From: a virus
Strand: one strand, 5' to 3'
DNA: 64,000 nt
Virus record (IMG/VR): IMGVR_UViG_3300020204_004643
Span: 6,627 to 70,626 of that record
The translations under genes were made by a program, and so were the position numbers. The notes beneath the pieces are model-generated. The model was given only the letters and a program-made list of their open reading frames with translations. It was not told the DNA's origin and did no database searches. Positions 29,872-42,134 of the stretch are shown here, piece by piece. Numbering within the stretch: the first letter of the stretch is position 1; the number at the start of each line of letters is the position of its first letter.

Positions 29872-30996
29872 ATGGCAACTCAAGAACAAATCAAAAATGC
29901 TTCATTAAAGATGAACAAAGAGTTTTTCTCTTTGGAGCCTTCATCGATAATAAATCTTTTTGAAATTGATTTAAGCGATTTAGGTTTTAGCACAGATAAC
30001 CAATTCATTATTAATTTAAGAGAAATTCAAATTGCATTACCCGGCTCGACAGAAACAATAAATAATGATTTTAATTATAGAATTATTAGACTTCATAATA
30101 ATTTAAAATTAGGAAAAAATGTTATTTATTGGAATAATAGTCCTTATTTACCTGCACCACTAGCTGCAGAAGGATTTGAATTAGCCTCTAAAGGAGTATT
30201 CCCAAAACCGAAAATTACGATTTCTTTTTCAGATGAAATGCTTGATGTTTTTTCTTTGTTTAAAGGAACAGTAAATTTTGGAAGTTTAATAGGAGCAAAA
30301 TTTACTAGAAGACGCACATTTGCGAAATTTCTAGATAGAAAAAATTTTTATCAAACAGATTCAAACACTCCTCTTACTTCAGATTACGCTTCTATTCCGG
30401 AAGGATTTGACCCAGATCCAAATTGCGAATTTCCTAAAGATATCTATTATTTAGACAGAAAATCATTTGAAAATAAAAATTCAATTCAATTTGAACTATC
30501 CAGCGCCATTGATTTAGATAGAGTAAAATTACCACGAAGAAGAGTTTTAAGTTATGCTTGCCCATGGCAATACAGAGGAGAGGGTTGTTTGTATGAATAT
30601 CAATCTAGATTAAATGAAGATACTCATGGAACAACAACTGCTATTCCAAATCAAAGTGATACCACAGGAGAAATTGCTCCAGTTTGTGCAACTGAAGACG
30701 ATCAACTAATTAAAGATATAATCTCCCCTACTGTTTTATCAAATAATCCAGTTGAATGGAAATCAAAAGAATCTTATGAAAAAGGATCAGTTGTATACAT
30801 AACTAAAAAGAATATTAATTTTTATTTTGTAGCCAAAGTCAATGTTCCTATTAATATGCCACCACCAAATGGTAATTATTGGTTGGCAGATCAATGTTCT
30901 AAAACGCTAAAAGGCTGCAGAATAAGATACGGTCAAAATGCATTACCCTTTGGTGGATTTTATGGAGTTTCTAATTACCAAAGAGGATCAATGTAA
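29872..30996 (+). CDS. Lambda gpL-like tail tip protein
   Basis: INLFEIDL, EGFE, RRRTFAKFLD, FELSS, CPWQYRGEGC, DQCSKTLKGCRIR, LPFGGF. Confidence 0.9.
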   Translation: MATQEQIKNASLKMNKEFFSLEPSSIINLFEIDLSDLGFSTDNQFIINLREIQIALPGSTETINNDFNYRIIRLHNNLKLGKNVIYWNNSPYLPAPLAAEGFELASKGVFPKPKITISFSDEMLDVFSLFKGTVNFGSLIGAKFTRRRTFAKFLDRKNFYQTDSNTPLTSDYASIPEGFDPDPNCEFPKDIYYLDRKSFENKNSIQFELSSAIDLDRVKLPRRRVLSYACPWQYRGEGCLYEYQSRLNEDTHGTTTAIPNQSDTTGEIAPVCATEDDQLIKDIISPTVLSNNPVEWKSKESYEKGSVVYITKKNINFYFVAKVNVPINMPPPNGNYWLADQCSKTLKGCRIRYGQNALPFGGFYGVSNYQRGSM

Positions 30997-31751
30997 TGGT
31001 TAATGAAGAAATAAAAAATGCTATCAAAGAGCATGCAATTAAAGATTATCCAAATGAATGCTGCGGATTACTTTATATAAAAGATAATTGTCTAAAAATA
31101 CTAAATGCCCAAAATACCGCTATAGACAAAGTTAATGAATTTATAATAAATCCAAAAGATTATTTAAAAGCTTCTAGAAATGGTAAAATAATTGGTATTT
31201 ATCATTCTCATTGTATTCAAGATAATTCATTTTCAGAATTAGACAAACAAATAAGCCACAGATTAAATTTAAAAAACATAGTCTATATTCACAAACAAAA
31301 TAAATTCGAAGAATATTGCCCAGAAAATTATTTTTCTAAATATACAGATAAACAATTCAAAATTAATCAATCAGATTGTTTATCTATTATCGAAGAATAT
31401 TATAATGAAGAATTTGGATTAAAAATATTTCACTATGAAAGACATGAAAACTGGGATAAAAACTACAAAGATTTCATAGAATATAAACTTTCTTGTTTCA
31501 CAAATAATAAAAACTTTGACGAATTTCTTGCTAAAGAAAATTTTATTAAAATAGATGAAATACAAAAAGCTAAAAAACATGATATCATAATATTTAAATA
31601 TTTAGACAATTACCCTTCTCATTTTGGAATTTACTTAGGCAACGATCATATTTTACATCAACCAAGAAACAAGCAATCTTTGATAGAAAAACTTTCAAAT
31701 CCAGAGAAAAGAAGAATATATTGTTTCGCAAGACATAAACAACTATGTTAA
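30996..31751 (+). CDS. Lambda gpK-like tail assembly protein (JAB + NlpC/P60), copy 1
   Basis: PNECCG, YHSH, FSELD; DCLS, HFGIYLG, ILHQ. Confidence 0.9.
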   Translation: MVNEEIKNAIKEHAIKDYPNECCGLLYIKDNCLKILNAQNTAIDKVNEFIINPKDYLKASRNGKIIGIYHSHCIQDNSFSELDKQISHRLNLKNIVYIHKQNKFEEYCPENYFSKYTDKQFKINQSDCLSIIEEYYNEEFGLKIFHYERHENWDKNYKDFIEYKLSCFTNNKNFDEFLAKENFIKIDEIQKAKKHDIIIFKYLDNYPSHFGIYLGNDHILHQPRNKQSLIEKLSNPEKRRIYCFARHKQLC

Positions 31752-32481
31752 ATTTAGAAATTAAACATGAAATAATAAATCATGCATTATCTAGCCCAAA
31801 TGAAGTTTGCGGCTTTATAAAAATGCAAGGCGATATCTTAGTAATTGAAAAAAAAGAAAATATATTAAATTCAGCAACACAATTCATGATGGAAGGAATA
31901 GATGGAGACACTGTTGCTTATTATCATTCTCATATTGATTATGATCGCATTTCTAGAGAAGACGAAATAGTTTCAGAAAGACTAGGGTTGCCCTGTATTG
32001 TTTATAATAAAAATTCTAATACATTTCATCAATATAATCCAAATGGTTTAAAAATTCAATATACAGAAAGACCATTCGTTTTAGGTTTCGCAGATTGTTT
32101 ATGGCTAGTCAAAGATTACTATTCGTATAATTTAAATATAGATTTAGCTTCCGAGCAAGAAATAATTAAAAATAATGCCTCGCAAGAGGAATACGATATT
32201 TTAGTAAAACAAAGATGTATTAACGAAGTAGATTTTCTTAAAACTAGAAGTGATTATTTAAAAAAATATTTTGAGTTAAACGGTTTTAAAGGAGTCGAAA
32301 GCCCCAAAAAGAATGATATTCTTATAACAAGAACTGCTAATTATAATTTTCCAATACATTGTATGATTTTTTTAGGAGGAGATAAAGTTTTACATCATCC
32401 TGGAAACAGCATCTCTAAAGAGGAAAGACTTTCCAGACTTCAGAAAAAATGGGTAATTTATACAATGAGGCACAATCTACT

Positions 32482-32485
<4 letters not shown>
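31745..32485 (+). CDS. Lambda gpK-like tail assembly protein (JAB + NlpC/P60), copy 2
   Basis: PNEVCG, YHSH, SRED; FVLGFADCLWLVKDYY, HCMIFLG, VLHH. Confidence 0.85.
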
Positions 32486-33204
<719 letters not shown>

Positions 33205-33205
33205 A

Positions 33206-36200
33206 ATGAATAATCTTGAAGATTTTAAATTTGTAAAAGGTTTTGGCGGTGGTTCGCCAAATAATCCTCCGCCTCCAACTCCAGCCTATGAAGATGCAGA
33301 AGGATTTTTATATAATGATACAGTTGATAACGTATATCAATTTGCAAGAGTTACAGATTTACTTTCCGAAGGACCTATAGAAGGTTTATGCGAAGGAGAA
33401 TATCAGTTTAAAGGTAATGCCGGAGATTTAGGTTATACTGGGGTATATTATAATGAATATCCTCTTGCTATCGGAAATCAAAATACGCAAGTAAAATATT
33501 TAAGGTCCATTCAATGGAATCAAAATCCATTAGTTGACTCTCAAAACAAATATAATTATCAACAAATAAACATTAATGTATCTAAAGGTGGTCCCAGAGG
33601 TATTGCCAATATCGAAGATACTGATTCAACAAGTTACATAAGATCTATCGGAGAAAGATTAAGAGGACCAAATGAAACAGCTGTAACAGCATCACAAATA
33701 TCAGATTTCCAAAAAAATTATCGAATAGTAAATAAAGAGTGCCGAAAAATCAAAATCAATTTTAAAATTGGTTCTTTATATCGCACTTTAAAATATCAAG
33801 ATCTTGCTGCTTCTATAAAAGATGATCCAGATATTTTAAAAACTGATAAAACTTTCAATACATTCACTTTAATAGGAAGAGGCAGATCAGAAACAGGAAA
33901 GGATGTTATCGCGGGTGTTGGATCTGTAATAAGATACAATTTTGACGTTCATATTAAAATTGTTCCTGTATATAGAACTTATTCAAATACTTCTACTGAA
34001 ATAGATATCACAGATGCTTCAAAAGCTACATCTGTTGTAAATCAAGAAAATCTACTTTTAAAACCCGATACCACTGAATCATTATATAAAATAAACTTTA
34101 ATGGTAAAGTAACTCAAGGATATTTAAAACAAGTAGCAATAGATTTAACAAATATTTTTAAAAATCTATCAAATAATGATAACTGGGTAGGTTGGGATAT
34201 TACAGTTTTAAAAACTACTCCTGAAGGAATTACATCTTCAAAGTCAGCTTATATATCAATTGAAAGCTTAACTGAAATATATTATTCAAATTTTAGATAT
34301 CCTAACGCTGCTGTTGCTAGTGCTAATTTTAATGCTGAATATTTTTCTAGAATTCCTGATAGAAATTATGATGTAAATCTTTTAAAAGTAAAAGTTCCAT
34401 CTAATTATGATCCAATAACCAAAACATACGGTAATGAAATTCCATTAACTATAGAAGAAAAAGTAACTATAAATTCTTCATCTAATTCACAATCGCAAAA
34501 CTTTTTTTCTGCTGTTGGGAATACTGATTATACTAATACAGATGATCAAACTCCACCAATAACGAATGGATTAATTGGTCGATTTGATGCAACTAATGCA
34601 TCTCCTAATGGATCAATAACTTCATGGCCTAATAATGGTTCAGACGCTTCAATAAAATGCATTATCGGGGGTGGAACGTATGCTAGTCCAGCAGGAGCAA
34701 ATGGGCCAACCAAGGGAGCTGGCAATTCTGAAACAAGTCCAAATGGAAAATATGGAGTAACTTTTACAACCAGTCAAAACGTAAGATTCACTTATGAAGA
34801 CCCGAAAAAAACTTTTGATGGCCCTAATGGCGACTATACAGTTTTTTACGTAGCAAAAATACATGATTTTGCATTACATAACGAAAGAAAAATGATATTG
34901 CATAGCAGCAATGCAGAAAATCAAGTAATTTTAGGATTTTTTGATAATTATAATAAAGCATTTTGGTTTGGAACATGGATAAACTCAAATGAAACGACGA
35001 ATACTGCAAGAGGGAATGATATAAATGAATATACGCTTAATGAAAAAGATTCTAATTGCTATATTGTAGGAGCATCAGTAAGAACAAAGTCTAAAAGCGT
35101 AGATACATACTGGCAAAATACTAATTTTTCAACTACTGATTTAACTTTTACATATGCTCCACAAGGATTAGCAGTCAATAGATCAGGAACAATTTACGCA
35201 AATCAAAAAAGTAAATGCACTTTATTTGAGCTATTAATTTTTAATAGATCTCTTACAAAAAGTGAATGTTTTAGTATTAGAAACTGGTTAAATAAAAAAT
35301 GGAATGTTTTAGCTACTACAACATTTGATAATACAAAAAAGGTTTTAGTTTTAGACTCTTCTTCTGTAAATATTCCATTAAAAACAATATGCAGAAATGG
35401 ACAAGGAGCAACTACTAGCATTAGAGGAGTAGCTAAAGATTCTACTCAAGATTATCAAAATGCTTATTACGCAGGAATACCTCAAAGACAAAGAAATTTA
35501 ACTAGCAAATGGAATTTAGCAAATCAAGGCTTTTGCAGTTTTTACTCTGATTGCAGTATAAATTTAAAAAATACAATAGCTGATGGTAATTATTCTCTAA
35601 TGCAAAGAGATGATCAATTTAATTTATCATTACAAGTAACAGGAGAAACTTTATATTTAATATTAACTTTAATTAATAAAGAAACTTCTCAAAAATTTCA
35701 AATTAAGAAAAAACTCAAAGCAACAGCTAGCGAATTTAAAGAAATATATCCAAGAAGAATAACCGCTTATATTTTACCGAAAGTTTTACAACAAAACGCA
35801 AAATACAATAAAACTTGGTATCAAAACCATCGTCAATATGGTCATTTAGGAAATGTAGACTCTTTAATAAGTAAAGGCCCAGCAAGCATGGGACTTTATT
35901 TTGAGGGAGGATGGCCGGATTTAGTAAAAGCAGCTGAAACTAAAGGATTTATTGAAGAAGTCTCATTAAGCACCGATTCAAACTTAAATCCATTAATAAA
36001 CACTTATATAAAAGATAATAGACTTTACAATAATTATATAAAATTTCCTGCGAAAGAAATAAATTCTGGAGGTCAAAAACAAGGTGCGCTTTATGATTCT
36101 ATATTTCTTTATGAATCTTCAAATCCAACAATTTTAAATTCTCAATTTATAGTTTTATTAGATTTTAAAGAAGAAATTATCTGTGATTTAAATGTAGCTA

Positions 36201-39200
36201 ATCATATTAATTATATTCAATTTTTAAATGCAAGCTCGATACTTTCTAATGAAGAATCCGTTTCTTATGGCTGGGATGAAAAAAAGCAATCCTCGGTCAA
36301 TCAAGTAGAATTAGATAAAGTAAATAATTCTGCAAACTATCATGGTGTTTTTTCAGTTAATTCAAATGCAAACAATACTATAAATCTTACAGATACTCAA
36401 AACAAAGTATTATTACCAATTTCTAGTTTTAAAAATTTATATGGTAATGGTAATAAGTTTACTCCATTTGAATTTATAGATTCAAATAAACCCATAAAAC
36501 TATTTACCGACGAAAGTGCCAAACAATATGGAGGTAAAATTCAAGGTTCATGTAGTTCAATTTCTGTTGATTCAATAAATTTTGATGTCGCTTCTTTAGA
36601 ATTAGCAACAAGTAAAGCATTATTTTCTAGCGATAAATACTCGGTACAAAAAATACTAATTCCAAATGGCGTCTCGAAATATAGTTTATCGAATGACATG
36701 TGGGATGGCGAATTTAAAACAGAAAAGCAATGGACAGATAATCCTGCTTGGTGTTTTTATGATTTGTTAACTAATAAAAGATATGGCGCAGGAAATTATG
36801 TTAATGAAAGCTCTGTAGATAAATGGTCTTTATATCAGATAGGTAAATATTGTGATGAATTAGTTTCTGATGGATTTGGAGGAATTGAGCCGCGCTTTAC
36901 ATGTAATGTTTATATTCAAAGCCAAGAAGAAGCCTTGAAAGTTCTTGGAGATATGGCTTCAGTATTTAGAGGCATGTTTTATTATGCTAATGGGGCAATT
37001 TATAGCACAAATGATATGCCCCAAAATACACCTGTATATTGTTTTACAAATTCAAATGTAGTAGATGGTAATTTTAATTATGAATCAACTTCTCTAAAAG
37101 ATAGAAATACATCTGTTTATGTAAGATATATTGATAAAAATAATTTATATAAACCCGGAATCGAATATGTAGAAAATGTTGAAGCAGTTAGAAAACATGG
37201 ATTTAAAGAAACAGAAATCACAGCTTTTGGATGCACAAGTAGAGGACAAGCCCAAAGATTAGGTAGATGGGTCCTTGCTTCAGAATATAATGAAACAGAA
37301 ACGGTTTCTTTTGAAACTGGTCCAGAAGCAGTAATGTTTAAACCGGGAGACGTTATTAAAATCTATGATTACAATAAAAAATACAAAACAGTTGGTGGAA
37401 GATTAAATGCTATTTCTTTTTCAGGATTAGAAGCAAATACTACTACTGGATTTTTAACTTTAGACAGAAAACTAGATTTTAATTTCCAAAATTCAGCTAA
37501 ATATGAACTTTCTATTGTTTCTCCTAAATACATACTTGACCCCGGAACAAGTGGAGCAATTACAGGAAGTATCGATTTCGCCGAGTTCAGAAAATCTCTT
37601 ACAAATTCATTTATTATAGGCAGCGGAGATTTGATAACAGGTCAAAATTATGACACTATTCGCCTCACGGGGCTTAATTCATTTTTGAATACTGGATTAA
37701 ATATTAGTGGTTTATTGCCTTATACAGGAGGAACCGGTTATGCTCCAGCATCAATAATTTGGAATTTAGGAAATTCTGGTTCTTTAGATGGAACAACTGA
37801 TGGAGATTATGATTTTTATAGAATATTTAGGGTTCAAGAAGCTTCTCAATCAGATAACTATACAGTGCTTGCAGCACAAATGTATAATTTAAAATTTACT
37901 CAAATCGAATCAGGGTTAAATTTAACACCAAGTAGAGCCCCATCACCACCAGCATCTGCTCCTGATCAAGTTATTTTTGATTTCCAATCTTACGCAAAGG
38001 ATTCCGAGAGCTGCAAGAAAGATATTTTAAATATTGATATTTATTATAACTCTGACATAAAAACAGCAACAATAGGTTTTAGAATATTCATCAAACCAGA
38101 ATATAATTCTAGTTTTGATCCTAATATTGATACTAATTTTATTTTTACTCCAGTAGATTTAGAAAAATCTTTTGTTACTAGTTCTATTGATGCAACAAAC
38201 AGAAATGGAATTATCAGAGTTTATGGAGTTAATATTAATAACGAATGCTCACCAACTTATTCTACCGCAAAATATCGTGGTGATTCTACAATTACAAACG
38301 TAGGATATTTTAAAGAATTAACAAATTGCATAGTTAATGTTAGCAACTTTGAAGACGAAGTTATTTCTTATACTAGAAAAGATTTCTTTAATGGATTATC
38401 AATTCAAAATCCATTACCATCAGATTTACAAATTGGAACAGATTTAAAATTTATTGATAATCAAATTTATCCAAATAAATATTATCCATACAGAATTAAA
38501 ATCATACCAGAAAAAGTAGACAATAAAGCTTCATTTGCTGCGGCTTACCAAAAATACGTCGACCAAACTGATTATTTATACGAAGAAGAAAAATCTTCTC
38601 AAGGCGAAGTTTATCTATTTTCTCATCAAGCAACAAATAGAAAAATAAGAAACTTTTCAATAGCTATTGATAAATTTAATAGCTATAATTTATCTTCTAC
38701 TTCTAAAAATTTCAAGGATCCAAAAGGATTCAGATTAGTAACTTACGATAGTTTAGATAATGATTTAAAACAAACATTAGATAATCTTTTAAATAATTCA
38801 GAATTTAAACTAACTAGAGACGCTGCAGATGTTATACTTAATTTCAATATGGAATTAAAGATGACTAATTTTGTTTCTAATTTATATCTATTGTTAATTC
38901 CAGTAACAGAGATATTTGATTTTAGTGTCAATCAAATTGTATATGACGATAACAATAATCCTAAATCAATAAAAGATAAAAACAATAAAGAAATCATTGA
39001 TTCTCATTTTATTAACATAGATAACCAACCAGAAGTTTTCTATTTTAATAATCAAGTTGATACTATTGGTAAACCATTTACTCTTTTTGCATATAAACCT
39101 TATTTGATAGCTGTTGATTTATTTATGAATCTTTGGCAATCATCTTCATCTAGTATGCCAGATGGAGTTTCTATTACAAAAAATATTTTAAATTACGATT

Positions 39201-40588
39201 CTCCAATTTTAAATTCTAATGGATCACAAAAACTTTCTTATGCAGTAATTAGTTCAGTAAATAAAGAAATTAAAATACCAGAAGAAATAATAGTGGAAGA
39301 TAAGAGTCTACAAGGTAAAATACTTAAAGCTGGAATTAATTATATTCATTTAACATTAAATAATAGCGTTTTAATTGAAGGTATTTTCGATAACCCCACA
39401 AACAATCAATCAACCTCAATACCCAATTCTTATAAATTAACAAGAAGAAATGTTTTATATAAACCAACAACTGACGAGCACGTTCAAGTAAAAGACGACA
39501 GGGTATCATCTTCCGATGAAGAAGGCGCTTACTATGCTTTATCTATAGCAAATAGAAAAATTCAATATAATCATCAATCGAGCGGTAATAATTTCAACAA
39601 TTTAAGAATAATACCTTTTAACTTCAGAGCTTATACTTTATTGGGTAATAAAATCTTTACTTCTTTATTAGCTGGAATAAAAACAATTGCTAATTTACTA
39701 AATGGAATATTTCCTGAGAACTCTCAAACTAATGCCGTACAACATTTAGATATAAAGGTAAATAGAAAATTTACCGCTTCTCCTCAAGCAATTTGCCTAG
39801 CAGACTTACATATTATAAAAGACTATGACTTAAGTGGTGATAATGCTGGTAATTTAATTACTACAGAAACAAGCGAAATTAAAGAATATTTAATAAATAA
39901 TGCTACATGCTCAAGCGAGCAGTCTGCAAAAAATTTAATAAAAGATTATGAAAGTAACTTAAGTGATGGATTCAATTTATTTAATGTTACACCAGATGAA
40001 AATTTCGGATCACCAGACAAGGATTTAAATTATCCAATACCACCAACTTTTCAAAAACAATATTTAAATTACACCATAACAAATCCAAGACAAACAAATT
40101 ACATTGCAGCTTTATCCTCTTCAGAAATAACAAATAGAACTAGTTTAACTAACAATTCTTCATATTATCCCGGAGTTCCACTAATAAATGATTATTTATT
40201 TTCATTAGTAATAAATATTCCTTATCAAGGAGACGTTTATGGAGCTTCGTTTTTAGATAACAAAAGTTTAGAGGTATTTGTATATCATGGAGAAGAATTA
40301 ATATCCTCTACAACAACTCAAACGGTTATAGGAAGTTTGGGGTCTATTGATATTCCTAGTTGGAGAGAAATAGTTATTCTTATCCCTAGAATAACACCAA
40401 AAAATTATTATACTTATAAAAGAACATATGAAAATGGCGACGTTATAATAAACCCTGAGCTATGGAGTTTCAATGACGTTAAAAATTTATCCTTTGCACA
40501 TTTATCTGCTAGAAAACAACTAGGATTTTTCCCTGAACATAATTTTTATATACAGACAATGGAACTATCAATTCTAATAACTTATTAA
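33206..40588 (+). CDS. Lambda gpJ-like tail tip / host-specificity protein with a large insertion
   Basis: DLLSEGPIEGL, YPN, KVKVPSNYDP, WDGEFK..WTDNPAW, YCDELV, EPRFTCN, FGCTSRGQAQRLGRW, PGDVI. Confidence 0.92.
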   Translation: MNNLEDFKFVKGFGGGSPNNPPPPTPAYEDAEGFLYNDTVDNVYQFARVTDLLSEGPIEGLCEGEYQFKGNAGDLGYTGVYYNEYPLAIGNQNTQVKYLRSIQWNQNPLVDSQNKYNYQQININVSKGGPRGIANIEDTDSTSYIRSIGERLRGPNETAVTASQISDFQKNYRIVNKECRKIKINFKIGSLYRTLKYQDLAASIKDDPDILKTDKTFNTFTLIGRGRSETGKDVIAGVGSVIRYNFDVHIKIVPVYRTYSNTSTEIDITDASKATSVVNQENLLLKPDTTESLYKINFNGKVTQGYLKQVAIDLTNIFKNLSNNDNWVGWDITVLKTTPEGITSSKSAYISIESLTEIYYSNFRYPNAAVASANFNAEYFSRIPDRNYDVNLLKVKVPSNYDPITKTYGNEIPLTIEEKVTINSSSNSQSQNFFSAVGNTDYTNTDDQTPPITNGLIGRFDATNASPNGSITSWPNNGSDASIKCIIGGGTYASPAGANGPTKGAGNSETSPNGKYGVTFTTSQNVRFTYEDPKKTFDGPNGDYTVFYVAKIHDFALHNERKMILHSSNAENQVILGFFDNYNKAFWFGTWINSNETTNTARGNDINEYTLNEKDSNCYIVGASVRTKSKSVDTYWQNTNFSTTDLTFTYAPQGLAVNRSGTIYANQKSKCTLFELLIFNRSLTKSECFSIRNWLNKKWNVLATTTFDNTKKVLVLDSSSVNIPLKTICRNGQGATTSIRGVAKDSTQDYQNAYYAGIPQRQRNLTSKWNLANQGFCSFYSDCSINLKNTIADGNYSLMQRDDQFNLSLQVTGETLYLILTLINKETSQKFQIKKKLKATASEFKEIYPRRITAYILPKVLQQNAKYNKTWYQNHRQYGHLGNVDSLISKGPASMGLYFEGGWPDLVKAAETKGFIEEVSLSTDSNLNPLINTYIKDNRLYNNYIKFPAKEINSGGQKQGALYDSIFLYESSNPTILNSQFIVLLDFKEEIICDLNVANHINYIQFLNASSILSNEESVSYGWDEKKQSSVNQVELDKVNNSANYHGVFSVNSNANNTINLTDTQNKVLLPISSFKNLYGNGNKFTPFEFIDSNKPIKLFTDESAKQYGGKIQGSCSSISVDSINFDVASLELATSKALFSSDKYSVQKILIPNGVSKYSLSNDMWDGEFKTEKQWTDNPAWCFYDLLTNKRYGAGNYVNESSVDKWSLYQIGKYCDELVSDGFGGIEPRFTCNVYIQSQEEALKVLGDMASVFRGMFYYANGAIYSTNDMPQNTPVYCFTNSNVVDGNFNYESTSLKDRNTSVYVRYIDKNNLYKPGIEYVENVEAVRKHGFKETEITAFGCTSRGQAQRLGRWVLASEYNETETVSFETGPEAVMFKPGDVIKIYDYNKKYKTVGGRLNAISFSGLEANTTTGFLTLDRKLDFNFQNSAKYELSIVSPKYILDPGTSGAITGSIDFAEFRKSLTNSFIIGSGDLITGQNYDTIRLTGLNSFLNTGLNISGLLPYTGGTGYAPASIIWNLGNSGSLDGTTDGDYDFYRIFRVQEASQSDNYTVLAAQMYNLKFTQIESGLNLTPSRAPSPPASAPDQVIFDFQSYAKDSESCKKDILNIDIYYNSDIKTATIGFRIFIKPEYNSSFDPNIDTNFIFTPVDLEKSFVTSSIDATNRNGIIRVYGVNINNECSPTYSTAKYRGDSTITNVGYFKELTNCIVNVSNFEDEVISYTRKDFFNGLSIQNPLPSDLQIGTDLKFIDNQIYPNKYYPYRIKIIPEKVDNKASFAAAYQKYVDQTDYLYEEEKSSQGEVYLFSHQATNRKIRNFSIAIDKFNSYNLSSTSKNFKDPKGFRLVTYDSLDNDLKQTLDNLLNNSEFKLTRDAADVILNFNMELKMTNFVSNLYLLLIPVTEIFDFSVNQIVYDDNNNPKSIKDKNNKEIIDSHFINIDNQPEVFYFNNQVDTIGKPFTLFAYKPYLIAVDLFMNLWQSSSSSMPDGVSITKNILNYDSPILNSNGSQKLSYAVISSVNKEIKIPEEIIVEDKSLQGKILKAGINYIHLTLNNSVLIEGIFDNPTNNQSTSIPNSYKLTRRNVLYKPTTDEHVQVKDDRVSSSDEEGAYYALSIANRKIQYNHQSSGNNFNNLRIIPFNFRAYTLLGNKIFTSLLAGIKTIANLLNGIFPENSQTNAVQHLDIKVNRKFTASPQAICLADLHIIKDYDLSGDNAGNLITTETSEIKEYLINNATCSSEQSAKNLIKDYESNLSDGFNLFNVTPDENFGSPDKDLNYPIPPTFQKQYLNYTITNPRQTNYIAALSSSEITNRTSLTNNSSYYPGVPLINDYLFSLVINIPYQGDVYGASFLDNKSLEVFVYHGEELISSTTTQTVIGSLGSIDIPSWREIVILIPRITPKNYYTYKRTYENGDVIINPELWSFNDVKNLSFAHLSARKQLGFFPEHNFYIQTMELSILITY

Positions 40589-40593
40589 TACAT

Positions 40594-41289
40594 ATGAATC
40601 ATTATATAGTATATTTTGTTGACGGTACGCATCAATACATAACAACGAGTATTAATTTAGAAGACGTAGATAATTTGCCAAAATTAAATATCAAATATGA
40701 AAACTTCGATTATCTGATTAAAACAGATAAAAAAATTGACCCTCATATATTAAACTTCAAAAAACATCTTCCCGATGGAAGCATTATCTGGAAAAAAGAA
40801 AAACTAATTCAAGAAAAAATCAAAAACGCAGTAATTAAAAGAGAATCATTATTTAAAAAATTAGACATTGATTTTCTCATTTCATTAGAAGTACACAACA
40901 ATAAAAAAACAGAAGTAATTAAAAGAAATAAAAACTTTCTTCGAGATTTGTCCTGCAGAAAAGAATTATATAGCATACATGATTGCGAAAAAATAGCTAA
41001 GTTTAATCCTTTTTATAATTTAGTAGATATTGAAATATTAGATCCGGGTTATGGATGTTCAGAAAAAATACCTACAGTAGATATTTCCAGTCCAGTAGAG
41101 ACAGATAAAAACTTTGGATTTAAAGCTACGGCAAAAGCTGTAGTAGGCGCAGATGGTCAATTAATTAAAATAACTGTTGAAAGATTAGGCTCTGGATACA
41201 CTCAGATGCCTGAAATAAAAATATCAGGATATGAATCAGAAAACGCAAAACATCCTGTACTAAAACCTATCATTGACAATATAATATAA
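40594..41289 (+). CDS. Putative tail fibre assembly / virion protein
   Basis: Follows J; helical LDIDF..RD segment, then ILDPGYG / LGSGYT repeats. Confidence 0.45.
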   Translation: MNHYIVYFVDGTHQYITTSINLEDVDNLPKLNIKYENFDYLIKTDKKIDPHILNFKKHLPDGSIIWKKEKLIQEKIKNAVIKRESLFKKLDIDFLISLEVHNNKKTEVIKRNKNFLRDLSCRKELYSIHDCEKIAKFNPFYNLVDIEILDPGYGCSEKIPTVDISSPVETDKNFGFKATAKAVVGADGQLIKITVERLGSGYTQMPEIKISGYESENAKHPVLKPIIDNII

Positions 41290-41291
41290 TA

Positions 41292-42134
41292 ATGATAGAC
41301 TTTTTATTTTGTTTTGGAGATGAGTATTTTTACTCAAATAATTTAGCGAACTGGAAAGAACTAACTGCTGGTTCAGAGATTGTAATTAGCAGTGATGAAA
41401 GTAAATATATTGTTGTAAAAAATGATATAATTCAAAACAATAAAAAATTCATTGTTAAAAATAAAAATACAATTTCAATAACAGGAAATTGCCCAGAAGT
41501 TGTTTTAGATGGAGACGCTTTGAATTGTGAATTTGAAGGTTATGAATTAATAATTATTAATGAAATAACTAATGGAGGGTCTAATCATAAAACTGGTGAT
41601 GTATTAACTATAGAAAATGGAGCTTTCTTTAATAAAACAAATGATCAAAAAGAGTCTGCTCAAGTATTAGTAAAATCCATAAATAATACTGGAACTATTA
41701 CAGAATTAGAAGTAATTAAAAAAGGAAAATATCTTTCAAACCTTACTCAAGTAAATGCCATTGCAAAGAATGGACAAGAAGTAATTCTCAATGTAATAAT
41801 GAGAAAAACTAAGGAAAAAGTTAAATTGTTTTTGAGCGTTAATGACTGTATTTATAAAGAAAAAGAAACAGATATTATTATTGAAGAAGAAATACCTATT
41901 GATTTTAAACAAGGCGAATTTTCTTTATCTCGACATAGAATAACAGTGAACAAAAAGATTGATAAAAATTACTCTTATCAGCCTTTTTTTTTGGTAGAGG
42001 AGCAAACTCCATATTTGAAACTACCTCTGGCAAAATCAAATAATATTCAAAATCTTTATAATCAAGCCATCTTGACTATAGACAGCAAACTTCAAGAAAT
42101 TAATGATAAATTAAGGCTTAACGCTAGCCAATAA
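41292..42134 (+). CDS. Hypothetical virion protein
   Basis: ITNGGSNHKTGDVLTI repeat type; 24-bp convergent overlap with the tape measure gene. Confidence 0.5.
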   Translation: MIDFLFCFGDEYFYSNNLANWKELTAGSEIVISSDESKYIVVKNDIIQNNKKFIVKNKNTISITGNCPEVVLDGDALNCEFEGYELIIINEITNGGSNHKTGDVLTIENGAFFNKTNDQKESAQVLVKSINNTGTITELEVIKKGKYLSNLTQVNAIAKNGQEVILNVIMRKTKEKVKLFLSVNDCIYKEKETDIIIEEEIPIDFKQGEFSLSRHRITVNKKIDKNYSYQPFFLVEEQTPYLKLPLAKSNNIQNLYNQAILTIDSKLQEINDKLRLNASQ

